A DNA stretch of 64,000 bases from a candidate division WOR-3 bacterium. GTDB lineage: Bacteria; Hydrothermota; Tepidihabitantia; SM23-42; JAOAFX01. The position numbers and the translations under genes were made by a program. The stretch is from assembly GCA_037443805.1 (NCBI GenBank), contig JBBINQ010000008.1, forward strand, positions 3,075-67,074, in the 5' to 3' direction. The notes under the pieces were generated by a model. It had not been told where the DNA came from and made no database searches. It saw nothing but the letters and a program-made list of their open reading frames with translations. Each line of letters opens with the position of its first letter. Position 1 is the stretch's first letter. Shown in pieces: positions 1 to 9,957 of this stretch.

Positions 1-2
1 GA

Positions 3-91
3 AAACAAGCAGAAACAGCATTAAAGATTGCTGAAGAATATGGTATGAAGAATACACACATCGGCAATGTTCATCTGCTAACAGACTGATT
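3..91 (+). CDS. 3' end of an unidentified upstream gene (partial, ...IAEEYGMKNTHIGNVHLLTD*)
   Basis: Open frame 3 runs from the window edge to TGA at 89-91; no recognisable domain. Confidence 0.25.
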
Positions 92-153
92 ACTCACATT
101 TTTGAAATATATAATTATTTTAACAAAATATTTTAATATTGTCATTTTACCCC

Positions 154-181
154 TTGACAATTTCCGATTTTTGATTATAAT
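154..181 (+). promoter_or_regulatory. sigma70-like promoter (TTGACA-16 bp-TATAAT) 5 nt upstream of the hsdS ATG; implies leaderless mRNA
   Basis: TTGACA at 154-159, TATAAT at 176-181, ATG at 187. Confidence 0.5.
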
Positions 182-186
182 ATAGT

Positions 187-813
187 ATGATTAAAAAATA
201 TAGTTATATAAAATTGAAAGATATTGCTGAAAAGATCTTTGCTGGTTTGCCTCCTGCTGAGAAGTGGAATACAAAGGATAATCATCCACGCGTGGTTTAT
301 ATCAATCTAAAAGACCTAAAGAATGGCACTATATCAAGTAATAATCTTGATATCATTCCGCTTGGCAATTCAAATGCTCTCCAGCGGTACCAAATTATTA
401 AGGGGGATATATTAATTGCCTGTCGGGGCACACAACCAAAGGTTGCAATGGTTCAAGACGAACTGAGTGGATTTACTGTCGCTTCACAGAATATTATCAC
501 AATCCGACTTGGTGAGAAACTAAATCCTGTCCTCCTTAAATTTTATCTTGAGAGCCCTGTGGGTAGCAGACAATTACGCTCAAGAGCCTTTTTTTCCAAA
601 ACACAATATATCCTAACGGTTGCTGCTCTTTCAGAAATGGAAATACCAGTGCCACCGCGGGAAATCCAAGATCAACTCGTAGGACTGTTGTCTTTTGTTG
701 ACGAACAACATTCTTTGTCAATTAGAGCTGCGGAACTTCGCAGGCGGATTATGGAGAAACTGGCACTTGATTTAATGATCGGCAAAAAAGAAGACAGGGG
801 GTTTCATGAATAA
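187..813 (+). CDS. hsdS: Type I R-M specificity subunit, half-size (single target-recognition domain plus conserved central region)
   Basis: 208 aa; ends with the conserved ...IPVPPREIQDQLVGLL... spacer typical of HsdS; overlaps hsdM start by 8 nt. Confidence 0.75.
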   Translation: MIKKYSYIKLKDIAEKIFAGLPPAEKWNTKDNHPRVVYINLKDLKNGTISSNNLDIIPLGNSNALQRYQIIKGDILIACRGTQPKVAMVQDELSGFTVASQNIITIRLGEKLNPVLLKFYLESPVGSRQLRSRAFFSKTQYILTVAALSEMEIPVPPREIQDQLVGLLSFVDEQHSLSIRAAELRRRIMEKLALDLMIGKKEDRGFHE

Positions 814-2311
814 ATTAACAAAGGAACAATTTTTTAATCATTTATGGAGCGCTGCAGACATTTTAAGAGGCTCCATTGATGCGGCTGATTATAAGAATTA
901 TATTTTTGGATTTCTTTTTCTTAAGCGGCTGTCTGATGTTTTTGAAGAAGAAGGTGAGAAAATAGAGAAAGAAACTGGAGACAAATATCTTGCCTGGCAG
1001 GAGCCCGACGAACACACTTTTTTTGTTCCTGAAACAGCCCGGTGGTCAGAGTTACGCAAGGTTTCTACGAATATCGGCGACCGTCTCAATAAAGCCTGTT
1101 TTGCATTAGAAGAAGCAAATCCAAAACTTGAAGGTGTATTGGCGGGCATTGACTTCAACGATGAACGGAAACTCGGGGATGCCAAAAATCGTGATTCTGT
1201 GTTGTCTCGGCTTGTCAATCACTTTTCACAAGTAAGTATGCGCAATGCTGATTTGGCAGAACCGGATATCCTTGGTCGTGCATACGAATATTTGATAGAA
1301 CGGTTTGCAGACGATGCAGGTAAAAAGGGTGGAGAATTCTACACGCCAAGGCAGGTAGTTAAATTAATCGTAGAATTACTGGAACCAAAAGAAGGTATGA
1401 GAATTTGCGACCCCTGTTCAGGCAGTGGAGGCATGCTGATTGAATGTGCCCATTATATTGAGCGTCACGGTGGCAATCCAAAAAATATTTCACTTTTTGG
1501 GCAAGAGAAAAACCTTGGCACATGGGCAATATGTAAAATGAACATGCTTCTGCATAATATACCGGATGCACGAATAGAAAAAGGGGATACTATTAGAGAC
1601 CCAAAACTAATTCAGGATGGCGAACTTATGCTATTTGACCGGGTAATAGCTAACCCTCCTTTCAGTCTGAAAGATTGGGGTTATGAAACGGCAATGGCGG
1701 ATGGCTTTGGCCGTTTTCGATTCGGCATCCCGCCAAAAACAAAAGGCGACCTGGCATTTGTCCAGCATATGATCGCGACACTTAATAGTAATGGTATGCT
1801 GGGCGTTGTAATGCCTCACGGGGTTTTATTCCGTGGGTCAAGCGAAGCCAAAATCAGGCAGGGAATACTTGAAGAAGATTTATTTGAAGCAATAATAGGG
1901 CTTGCCCCTAATTTATTCTATGGAACTGGTATTCCCGCTGTAATTCTGGTTATCAATAAGGCAAAACCAAAAGAAAGAAAGGGTAAGGTTTTATTTATCT
2001 ACGGTGCTGAATTATATGAGCAAGGCAAAAATCAGAACAAATTGCGGGATGAGGACATTGCACAGATAGTAAAGGCATTCAAGGATTATTGCGATGCAGA
2101 GCGATTTTCAAGGGTTGTGAGCCTGAATGAAATTAAAGAGAATGATTACAACCTAAACATCAGTCGTTATGTGGATACGACAATACCTGAGGAAAAGATT
2201 GATATTAAAGAGGCATTGATTAAATTACGCCAAATAGAACGGGAACGGGATAAAGCAGAAGAGAAGATGAATGAATATCTTAAAGAACTTGGCTATGATA
2301 TCAAAAAATAA
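806..2311 (+). CDS. hsdM: Type I R-M N6-adenine DNA methyltransferase subunit M
   Basis: 501 aa; HsdM N-terminal domain, SAM-binding region and catalytic NPPF (VIANPPFSLKDW). Confidence 0.92.
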   Translation: MNKLTKEQFFNHLWSAADILRGSIDAADYKNYIFGFLFLKRLSDVFEEEGEKIEKETGDKYLAWQEPDEHTFFVPETARWSELRKVSTNIGDRLNKACFALEEANPKLEGVLAGIDFNDERKLGDAKNRDSVLSRLVNHFSQVSMRNADLAEPDILGRAYEYLIERFADDAGKKGGEFYTPRQVVKLIVELLEPKEGMRICDPCSGSGGMLIECAHYIERHGGNPKNISLFGQEKNLGTWAICKMNMLLHNIPDARIEKGDTIRDPKLIQDGELMLFDRVIANPPFSLKDWGYETAMADGFGRFRFGIPPKTKGDLAFVQHMIATLNSNGMLGVVMPHGVLFRGSSEAKIRQGILEEDLFEAIIGLAPNLFYGTGIPAVILVINKAKPKERKGKVLFIYGAELYEQGKNQNKLRDEDIAQIVKAFKDYCDAERFSRVVSLNEIKENDYNLNISRYVDTTIPEEKIDIKEALIKLRQIERERDKAEEKMNEYLKELGYDIKK

Positions 2312-2370
2312 CTTGACAAAATCATTGTCCTCTTGTCATTGCGAGCCGAAGGCGAAGCAATCTCATCAGT

Positions 2371-3744
2371 ATGACTAAAAAAGAATTGCAGATCATCATT
2401 CAGGAAGGCGAAGGCTACAGAATTGAATTCAAAGAAAGTATTTCAAACATAGACAAAGACCTCGTTGCTTTCGCCAATTCATCAGGTGGCAGGATATTTC
2501 TTGGGGTAACTGATGATAAAAAAATAGCAGGCGTGCAAATTACCAACAAACTCAAAACGCAAATTCAAGACATTGCCAATAATTGCCGACCTGAAATACA
2601 GATTATCATGGAACAATTCTATAATATTCTCATTATTGATGTCCGTGAAGGCTCTGATAAACCTTATGAATGCTCTTCGGGATTTTTCAAAAGGATTGGT
2701 CCTATTTCCAAGAAAATGACGCGAGACGAAATAATTGATTCAATAAAATCGGAAGGTAAGATCAGATTTGATGAACTAACTGCACAAAAATTCAGATACC
2801 CCACTGATTTTGATCGCAATAAACTTAAGAGATTTTTAGAATTAGCCGGACTGTCTAAATCATTAAAGGCAGAACCTGTTCTTGTTAATCTCGGCGTAGC
2901 CGAAAAACAAGAAGGAATACTTTATTTCAATAATGCTGGAGTACTGTTTTTCGCCAAAGAACCGCAAAAGTTCATCCCATGGTCAGTGTTCACAGTGGCT
3001 TTATTTAAGGATGAAGATGGTGTAGATGTGATTGACCGAAAAGAGATTGGCGGTTCTCTCTTTGAAATCGTTGACCAAGTCATGGATTTTGTAAAACTCT
3101 ATTCCAAAGTCGCTTATCGGTTTACTGGAAGACCGCAGCGCGAAAACATTTATGAATACCCTTTTGAGGCGATACGAGAAGCAGTAATAAATTCAGTTAT
3201 GCATAAATACTATTTTGAACATGGTCATAACAATATTTTACGCTTTCTGCCCAATAAAATACGAATTGAAAACTATTGGCAAAAACCACATAAATTTAGG
3301 CTTGGTAAAACAGTATTTAGAAGAAATCCATTGGTGGTTGATCTATTCGCACGAATTCACTTCGGCGAAAAGATGGGCACGGGTTTGGATAGGATGAAGA
3401 ATATTTGCAAGAAGGAAAATGCACCCTATCCAAAAATCGAATTTAACGAGAATTATTTTTATGTCACTTTTACGCCGAGCAAGGAATACCTTAAAATGGC
3501 AACGAAAAAAGAAACTAAAAGAAAATTTGATTTAAACAAACTCAATGAACGACAGCGAAAAGCGGTAGACTACGTGCGAAGGTATGGGCACATAGGGAAT
3601 AAAGAATATAGAAAAATTACAGGATTAGGAAAAGTCTATGCGGCAAAAGAACTAAATGAGTTAGTTAAGAAAAGAGTTCTTGTGAAAATCGGGAAGGGAA
3701 GCGCGACGCACTATGTACTCAGTGAACGATTAGTGAACGATTAG
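2371..3744 (+). CDS. AlbA_2 (Schlafen-like) DNA-binding domain / HATPase_c_4 / wHTH protein (RecG-like putative regulator) embedded in the R-M operon
   Basis: N-terminal ...RIEFKES...VAFANSSGGRIFLGV... matches the AlbA_2 fold; this architecture is commonly inserted between hsdM and hsdS. Confidence 0.7.
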   Translation: MTKKELQIIIQEGEGYRIEFKESISNIDKDLVAFANSSGGRIFLGVTDDKKIAGVQITNKLKTQIQDIANNCRPEIQIIMEQFYNILIIDVREGSDKPYECSSGFFKRIGPISKKMTRDEIIDSIKSEGKIRFDELTAQKFRYPTDFDRNKLKRFLELAGLSKSLKAEPVLVNLGVAEKQEGILYFNNAGVLFFAKEPQKFIPWSVFTVALFKDEDGVDVIDRKEIGGSLFEIVDQVMDFVKLYSKVAYRFTGRPQRENIYEYPFEAIREAVINSVMHKYYFEHGHNNILRFLPNKIRIENYWQKPHKFRLGKTVFRRNPLVVDLFARIHFGEKMGTGLDRMKNICKKENAPYPKIEFNENYFYVTFTPSKEYLKMATKKETKRKFDLNKLNERQRKAVDYVRRYGHIGNKEYRKITGLGKVYAAKELNELVKKRVLVKIGKGSATHYVLSERLVND

Positions 3745-3756
3745 TGAGCGATTACT

Positions 3757-5082
3757 ATGCAAGGTATAAAGAATCTCTCCGCCAGCACAAAATTTAAAAA
3801 AACACCCATCGGCGAAATTCCGGTTGACTGGAGCGTGGTTAAACTGGGTGATGTGATTTCTTTATTTCAAAACGGCATTTGGGGTGAAAAGCCATCCGCG
3901 AATGATATGTCTTTTCCAGTGATAAGATCAACAGAAATAACGTATGATTGTAAGATCAATGTCGCAACGGTAGAATACAGAAAAGTTCCTGAAGATAAAG
4001 TAGACAAATATAAATTAAAGGATGGTGATATACTTATAGTATCTTCAAGCGGTTCACCGCACTTAATCGGCAGAGTAGCACAATTCAAACACAATGCTAC
4101 TGATAAGCAAACATATTTATTCTCCAATTTTATGATAAGAATAAGACCTCAAGGTATAAATTCAACATTTTTGTTCTACTACTTAAATTCCTATTCGTAT
4201 TTTTGTTTCTTGAAAAATCTTCAGCAGACATCAACTGGATTAAGGAACTTACCGAGAACAGAGCTAATCAATTTTTATGTTCCCTTACCACCGCTATCTG
4301 AACAAGAAAAAATTGCTGCGGTTCTTACCTCTGTTGACGATACCATAGAAAAAACCCAGCAATTGATTGAACAGACAAAAAAACTGCAGAAGGCATTAAC
4401 CCAAGAACTACTAACCAAAGGCATTCCGGGTTTACACAAAAAATATAAGAAAACGATCTTTGGTGATATACCTGTAGACTGGGAGATTGTAAGATTAGGT
4501 GATGTCTTAATAGTAGTCAAAAATGGCCTTTCTTATAAACAATCACAAAATGCAGGTCGTTATTCAATAACAAGAATAGAAACGATTTCAGAAGGTGTAA
4601 TCAACGCAGATAAGGTTGGATATTTGGATCATTTGACCGATGAAGAAATCAGAAACAATAAATTAACGGCTGGTGATATTTTGTTTAGTAATATTAATAG
4701 TCTTGAACATATTGCCAAGACAGCCATTTATTTATCTTCACATCCGATGTTAATACACGGGATGAATTTATTGCTACTTAGGCCAAATAGAAGCAAAATA
4801 GAGCCATTCTTTCTGCTATTTTATCTTAAATTCAATGAGACGATCAATAGATTTAGACGGTTATCTAAAAAAGCTATTAACCAAGTATCAATTAATCAGA
4901 CTGAAATTAAGAATTTTCTTATTCCACTTCCAAGTCTTAACGAACAGAAATCCATTGTTAATTCTTTGCTCGCAATAGAACATAATCTTGTAGGCTTACT
5001 TAATCAGAAATTACAGATTGAAACCCTAAAACAAAGTCTCATGCAAGTTCTATTGACTGGCAAAGTAAGGTTAAAAAAATAA
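3757..5082 (+). CDS. hsdS: Type I R-M specificity subunit, full length (two TRDs)
   Basis: 441 aa; two conserved spacer motifs (FYVPLPPLSEQEKI...; FLIPLPSLNEQKSI...). Confidence 0.88.
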   Translation: MQGIKNLSASTKFKKTPIGEIPVDWSVVKLGDVISLFQNGIWGEKPSANDMSFPVIRSTEITYDCKINVATVEYRKVPEDKVDKYKLKDGDILIVSSSGSPHLIGRVAQFKHNATDKQTYLFSNFMIRIRPQGINSTFLFYYLNSYSYFCFLKNLQQTSTGLRNLPRTELINFYVPLPPLSEQEKIAAVLTSVDDTIEKTQQLIEQTKKLQKALTQELLTKGIPGLHKKYKKTIFGDIPVDWEIVRLGDVLIVVKNGLSYKQSQNAGRYSITRIETISEGVINADKVGYLDHLTDEEIRNNKLTAGDILFSNINSLEHIAKTAIYLSSHPMLIHGMNLLLLRPNRSKIEPFFLLFYLKFNETINRFRRLSKKAINQVSINQTEIKNFLIPLPSLNEQKSIVNSLLAIEHNLVGLLNQKLQIETLKQSLMQVLLTGKVRLKK

Positions 5083-5113
5083 TGCTTTTTTCTCAAGGTG
5101 GGTGGATAAAAAT

Positions 5114-5140
5114 TTCCTCCCCATTGATGGGGGAGGATTA
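5114..5140. repeat. Palindromic element TTCCTCCCC-ATTGAT-GGGGGAGGATTA (copy 1), followed by two degenerate half-copies at 5163-5183 and 5204-5224
   Basis: Near-identical copy at 46861-46887; stem CCTCCCC/GGGGAGG. Confidence 0.7.
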
Positions 5141-5245
5141 TTAAGGAGGAAATTATATACATACCAATTATCCCTCCCATCAAGGGCGGGAACAAAGAAA
5201 GAAAATATCCTCTCATCAAGGGATGGGAAGTTCAGGGTCATTACT

Positions 5246-8200
5246 ATGCCTTCTGATTGGGATGAGTTGCATTTAGTGGAAGAGCCGGCGATTGAAGTCC
5301 TGAAGGGGCTGGGATATACATTTGTTTCTCCGGAGGAATTGGATAAGGAACGGGAAGGCACCAAGAATGTAATTTTAGTCCCGCGGTTGGAAAAGGCGTT
5401 ACGGAAAATCAATCCCTGGATTTCAGACGAGAATATTAAAAGGGCAGTGCGTGCAATTGGACAGGTGCAGGCAACAAGTCTGATGGAAGCCAATGAACAG
5501 ATTCATACTGCATTAGTCCATACTATTTCTTTGGAGCAAGATATTGGTCAGGGAAAGAAAGGACAGCCAGTTCATTTTATTGATTTTGAAAATATTAAGA
5601 ATAACGAGTTTGTCATAACAAGGCAATTTAAGGTTACCGGACAAAAGGTGAGTATCCAAGCTGATATTGTGGTTTTTGTAAATGGCATTCCATTGGTTGT
5701 TATTGAATGCAAAAGTCCAACAATTAGAAACCCGATTGAAGAAGGAATTATTCAATTATTGCGTTATCAGGAAGCAGAGGAAAAATTTAAAGGTCTTGGC
5801 GCGCCAAAATTGTTTGAATCTTGTCAGATTGTTGCCGTTATTTGTCGGGAATCGGCTCGGTATGGAACATTATGGACGCAACCGAGATTTTGGAGCGAGT
5901 GGAAAACTACATATCCACTATCACTTGATGAAGTTAAGAGTCGCATTGGCAGATTGCCGTTGGCACAAGATGTATTTTTATATGGTATGCTTGCACGTGA
6001 TAATCTATTGGATTTAATCCGATATTTTATTGTTTTTGATATAGAAAAAGGCAAAACCATAAAGAAACTGGCTCGTTATCCGCAGTTTTTGGCAGTGAAC
6101 AATGCGATTGAACGTATTAAAAAGACTCGGATACCAAAGAAAAGGGGCGGTGTGGTGTGGCATACTCAGGGCGCAGGAAAGTCTTTGACCATGCTCTGGT
6201 TAGCAACAAAATTACGGAGAATGCCTGAATTTGAGAATCCAACGCTTGTAATTGTCACAGACCGAAAAGATTTGGATCGGCAGATCAACAAGACCTTCAA
6301 AAATTGTGGGTTTGCCAATCCGTTAAGGGCTAAATCGGGTGAAGATTTAAAAAATCTACTTACTATTGGCGTTGGGCAGACAGTTCTAACGACAATACAA
6401 AAATTTACCGATGCTGCACAGGTAGCAGCACTCATTGAGGCGACAAATATATTCGTGATGACCGACGAAGCGCACAGAACCGAATACGGTATTCTTGCCG
6501 CAAAGATGCGTCGTGCCTTGCCGAATGCATGTTTTCTTGCTTTTACCGGCACACCAATTGACAAGCGAGAGCGTAGTACACTCAGGACATTCGGCGATTA
6601 TATTCACACTTACACAATTGAACAGGCAGTCCAGGATGGGGCAACTGTTCCCATTTACTATGAGAGTAGATTGCCCGAAGTTCAGATTGTCGGTAATACT
6701 ATTGATACGCTTTTTGAACGCTGGTTCAGGGACTATACATCTGAACAGAGGGAAGAGATAAAACGGCGTTATGCCACCGAAGAGGTAATTGGCCAGTCAG
6801 CAAAAAGGATTGAAAGAATCTGTCTGGACATTGTAGAACATTATGAAAAATTCATTATGCCTAATGGATTTAAAGCACAGGTTGTCGCACCGAGTCGGGA
6901 AGCTGCAATTACTTATTATGAAACACTCAATCGCCTTAATGCACCATCAAGCGAGGTTCTAATTTCACCAGCACACAATGACCCGGAGCGTCTGGTCAGC
7001 CATTATAAAACTGAAGCCGAAGAGAAAGAGGTAATTAGAAGATTCATTGAAGAACCAGTTGAGGATTTAGCGATTATTGTTGTCTGCGACAAATTGCTTA
7101 CTGGTTTTGACGCACCGATTGAACAGGTGATGTATCTTGATAAACCATTGAGAGAACATACTCTTTTGCAGGCAATTGCCCGGGTAAATCGCACATATGA
7201 AGGTAAGGACTACGGTTTGATTGTTGACTACTGGGGCGTATCCCGTGAATTGCAAGAGGCATTGAATGTATTTAGACCCGAAGATATTATTGGTATTCAA
7301 AGATATTTTGAAGATGAACTACCCAGATTAGAAACAAGGCATCGTGCGGTAATGCGCTTTTTTGATAATGTCAATAAAGCGGACATTAACGAGTGCATCG
7401 CGGTCCTTGAACCTGAGGATGTCAGAGCTGATTTTGACACTGCATTTCGTCGTTTTTCAAAAAGTATGGATATGATGCTCCCTGACCCAAGGGCATTACG
7501 ATTTATCGCTGATTTAAAATGGCTTGGCCAGGTTCGTAATGCGGCACGCTTGAGATATCGGGATGATACACTTGATTTAGCCGGTTGCGGAGCAAAAGTC
7601 AGGCAACTCATTGAAGAACATCTGACTGTGACCGGCATTACAAAATTGATTGAGCCGGTATCTATCTTCTCCAGCAAATTTGAAGAAGAGTTGGCTAAAC
7701 TCAGCTCACCTGAGGCAAAGGCAAGTGAGATGGAGCATGCGATACGACACGAAATTAATATTCGGTTAGATGAAAATCCCGTATATTACCAATCATTAAA
7801 AGAAAGGCTTGAGCAGATTATTGAACAGCGTAAACAGGAAAGAATAGATGCCATAAAACAACTGGAATTATTAGAAAAATTAGCAGAAGAAATGAAAAAT
7901 CTGCATAAAATTGCAGAGTCAATCGGCATGACCGAGGCGGAGTTCGCTTTTTACAAATTGCTCTCATCAGGGCACGATGACAAAACTAAAAGTGTCAAAG
8001 ACATTCAAGTTTCTGATGTTGAGCCTACTTATGAGGCTATAAACGAATCTCACAAGGAACTTGCGGGATTAATAATAGAGTCGCTTGAAAAACTGATTGT
8101 CATTGATTGGATTCACAAAGAAGATGTTCAGCGCGAGATGCGCAGACAAATTAAGAGACATCTGCGGGCAGCAGGGTATGGACCCGAAGAAATTGAACAT

Positions 8201-8248
8201 CTGACTTTAAAAATGATGGACCTGGCACGGATTAGATTTGCCCAATGA
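5246..8248 (+). CDS. hsdR: Type I R-M restriction subunit R (SF2 helicase/endonuclease)
   Basis: N-terminus MPSDWDELHLVEEPAIEVLKGLGYTF... resembles HsdR N-termini; DEAH-like TDEAHR; helicase motifs. The track ORF from 5102 reads through the palindromic element and is probably an over-extension. Confidence 0.9.
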   Translation: MPSDWDELHLVEEPAIEVLKGLGYTFVSPEELDKEREGTKNVILVPRLEKALRKINPWISDENIKRAVRAIGQVQATSLMEANEQIHTALVHTISLEQDIGQGKKGQPVHFIDFENIKNNEFVITRQFKVTGQKVSIQADIVVFVNGIPLVVIECKSPTIRNPIEEGIIQLLRYQEAEEKFKGLGAPKLFESCQIVAVICRESARYGTLWTQPRFWSEWKTTYPLSLDEVKSRIGRLPLAQDVFLYGMLARDNLLDLIRYFIVFDIEKGKTIKKLARYPQFLAVNNAIERIKKTRIPKKRGGVVWHTQGAGKSLTMLWLATKLRRMPEFENPTLVIVTDRKDLDRQINKTFKNCGFANPLRAKSGEDLKNLLTIGVGQTVLTTIQKFTDAAQVAALIEATNIFVMTDEAHRTEYGILAAKMRRALPNACFLAFTGTPIDKRERSTLRTFGDYIHTYTIEQAVQDGATVPIYYESRLPEVQIVGNTIDTLFERWFRDYTSEQREEIKRRYATEEVIGQSAKRIERICLDIVEHYEKFIMPNGFKAQVVAPSREAAITYYETLNRLNAPSSEVLISPAHNDPERLVSHYKTEAEEKEVIRRFIEEPVEDLAIIVVCDKLLTGFDAPIEQVMYLDKPLREHTLLQAIARVNRTYEGKDYGLIVDYWGVSRELQEALNVFRPEDIIGIQRYFEDELPRLETRHRAVMRFFDNVNKADINECIAVLEPEDVRADFDTAFRRFSKSMDMMLPDPRALRFIADLKWLGQVRNAARLRYRDDTLDLAGCGAKVRQLIEEHLTVTGITKLIEPVSIFSSKFEEELAKLSSPEAKASEMEHAIRHEINIRLDENPVYYQSLKERLEQIIEQRKQERIDAIKQLELLEKLAEEMKNLHKIAESIGMTEAEFAFYKLLSSGHDDKTKSVKDIQVSDVEPTYEAINESHKELAGLIIESLEKLIVIDWIHKEDVQREMRRQIKRHLRAAGYGPEEIEHLTLKMMDLARIRFAQ

Positions 8249-8979
8249 AAATCCATAAAATTAGTTTCGGCAGAAAAATAATAAGGTTTGTAATTAAACG
8301 GACAAAACGCAAAAAAACAATGTCGATTTCAGTCGGGCTTGATGAGGAAGTAAAAGTAAAAATACCTTACAGGCTTGTGGCAAAAAAAGTGTATCCAATA
8401 ATAAAAAAGAAAGCACCATGGATTTTGAAACATTTAAATGATATAAAGGAAATGCATTATCCAGTTATAAAGCATGAATTTGTCAGTGGTGAGTCTTTTT
8501 CTTACTTGGGCAGACATTTCCGTCTAAGGGTGAAAAAACTAAAAGGTACAATAAAGCCTAATGTTGTGACGAATGCTGGGTATCTTGAAACTACGGTTAG
8601 TAGTGCTTTAAGTAAGCGGAAACAAACTGAAACCGTGCGTTTGGCACTCATTGAATGGTACAAAAAACATGCAATTGCGAAACTGGGCGAAAGGGTATCC
8701 ATTTATGCCCGAAAAATGGGACTTACAAAACCAATAGTTTTAGTGCGAGACCAGAAGAAGCGTTGGGCAAGTTGTTCAAAAACTGGTGTTTTACGATTTA
8801 ATTGGCGAATTATAATGGCGCCGATATCAATCATTGATTATATTGTCGTCCATGAACTCAGCCATCTCAAAATCAAAAGCCACTCGGCAGAGTTTTGGAA
8901 GCAAGTGTCTTCAATTATACCAGATTATGAGCGCAGAAGATTATGGCTCAGGAACAATGCGGGGATATTTAGATGGTAA
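8245..8979 (+). CDS. DUF45/YgjP-like (SprT/WLM-type) HExxH zinc metallopeptidase
   Basis: 244 aa; HELSHLKIKSHSAEFW motif; start overlaps hsdR stop (ATGA), a common hsdR-linked accessory gene. Confidence 0.75.
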   Translation: MKIHKISFGRKIIRFVIKRTKRKKTMSISVGLDEEVKVKIPYRLVAKKVYPIIKKKAPWILKHLNDIKEMHYPVIKHEFVSGESFSYLGRHFRLRVKKLKGTIKPNVVTNAGYLETTVSSALSKRKQTETVRLALIEWYKKHAIAKLGERVSIYARKMGLTKPIVLVRDQKKRWASCSKTGVLRFNWRIIMAPISIIDYIVVHELSHLKIKSHSAEFWKQVSSIIPDYERRRLWLRNNAGIFRW

Positions 8980-9638
8980 AAAATGTAAGTAACAGAAATA
9001 TGAAAAAAATATTATTAATTACTGAACAGCCAGAACAATACCCACCGAGTGTCGTTCAACCACATCTGAGAGCAATCGCCCAATGCACGCCTATCAACGC
9101 ATGTTGGGGAAATGTTGTCCACAATCCTATCGGACTTGCCCTGAACTCTAATCCATTTGGCACTAGCACTTTGACATTGCAACGTCTTGATAGAATATTC
9201 AATTGGCTTCTTACCCGCGGGCACACATATTACTGGACACACTGGATCAAATGCCCGCGACAAGGATACCCCAAAAATATATATTTTAATGACGCATGCG
9301 CTAATAATTGGCTCCATCAAGAAATAAGTCAATTTATTCCGGATGTTATCTTCACATTTGGTGAACATGCCACATCATTTGTTTTAAAAAGACTCGCTGG
9401 TTTTAATATTCATAATCATGAATTTACAGATATTCTATGGGAATTCGTTAGATCATGTTTCAAAAATCGAAATAGAAGAGCAATTATGCTGAGAAATGTC
9501 AAACCGTCGATTCAAGTGCATCTTATTCCACTTCCTCATCCAAGTGGTGCTAATAATCTAAGTAGATTGTTTTTTAATAAATCTAACAAATTACGAGTAG
9601 AAATCCGAAATTATCTATTAACCAGAAGAATACTATAA
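8973..9638 (+). CDS. Uracil-DNA-glycosylase-superfamily-like protein with degenerate motif A
   Basis: ...THWIKCPRQG..., ...IFTFGEHATSFV..., ...PLPHPSGAN resemble UDG family-4 motifs (NIVKCRPP, LGxxA, HPSP), but GE(A/G)PG is replaced by ACWGN. Confidence 0.4.
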   Translation: MVKNVSNRNMKKILLITEQPEQYPPSVVQPHLRAIAQCTPINACWGNVVHNPIGLALNSNPFGTSTLTLQRLDRIFNWLLTRGHTYYWTHWIKCPRQGYPKNIYFNDACANNWLHQEISQFIPDVIFTFGEHATSFVLKRLAGFNIHNHEFTDILWEFVRSCFKNRNRRAIMLRNVKPSIQVHLIPLPHPSGANNLSRLFFNKSNKLRVEIRNYLLTRRIL

Positions 9639-9957
9639 CCACAAATTTCCTAAAAATAAACATTGAAAAATCACCAATACCTATAATCTGGCTGGATTCC
9701 TCTATTATTATTATTCATATAGCAAAAAGCAAAGTAGGCGAAAAAATTGATAGAGACTTAAAGAACAAGGTGAACTACTTATACAACGCTATTAGAGTCC
9801 TCACAAGAAAAAGGTAATTACTATATCACCATGAAGGGTAAGAAGAAAAAGTTGAATTAGGTGAAAAATTTAAATATAAATGTAGAAAAATCCCCTGTAA
9901 TTCGCCACCCCAGTCATTTTATCATTTTGACAATTGTAAAAATGACAAAACGAAGAT

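Noticed and set aside
898-1819. Antisense ORFs inside hsdM (898-1218, 1359-1571, 1631-1819 on the minus strand)
   Set aside because: They are embedded opposite a well-supported CDS, with no RBS and odd composition. This is typical six-frame noise. The same applies to other short antisense ORFs in the track, such as 11482-11727, 14402-14722, 44323-44826 and 58664-59080.
5102-5245. N-terminal 48-aa extension of hsdR as given in the ORF track (MDKNFLPIDGGGLL...)
   Set aside because: It reads through the palindromic repeat element and its degenerate copies. The HsdR-like N-terminus begins at MPSDWDELHLVEEPAIE (ATG 5246).
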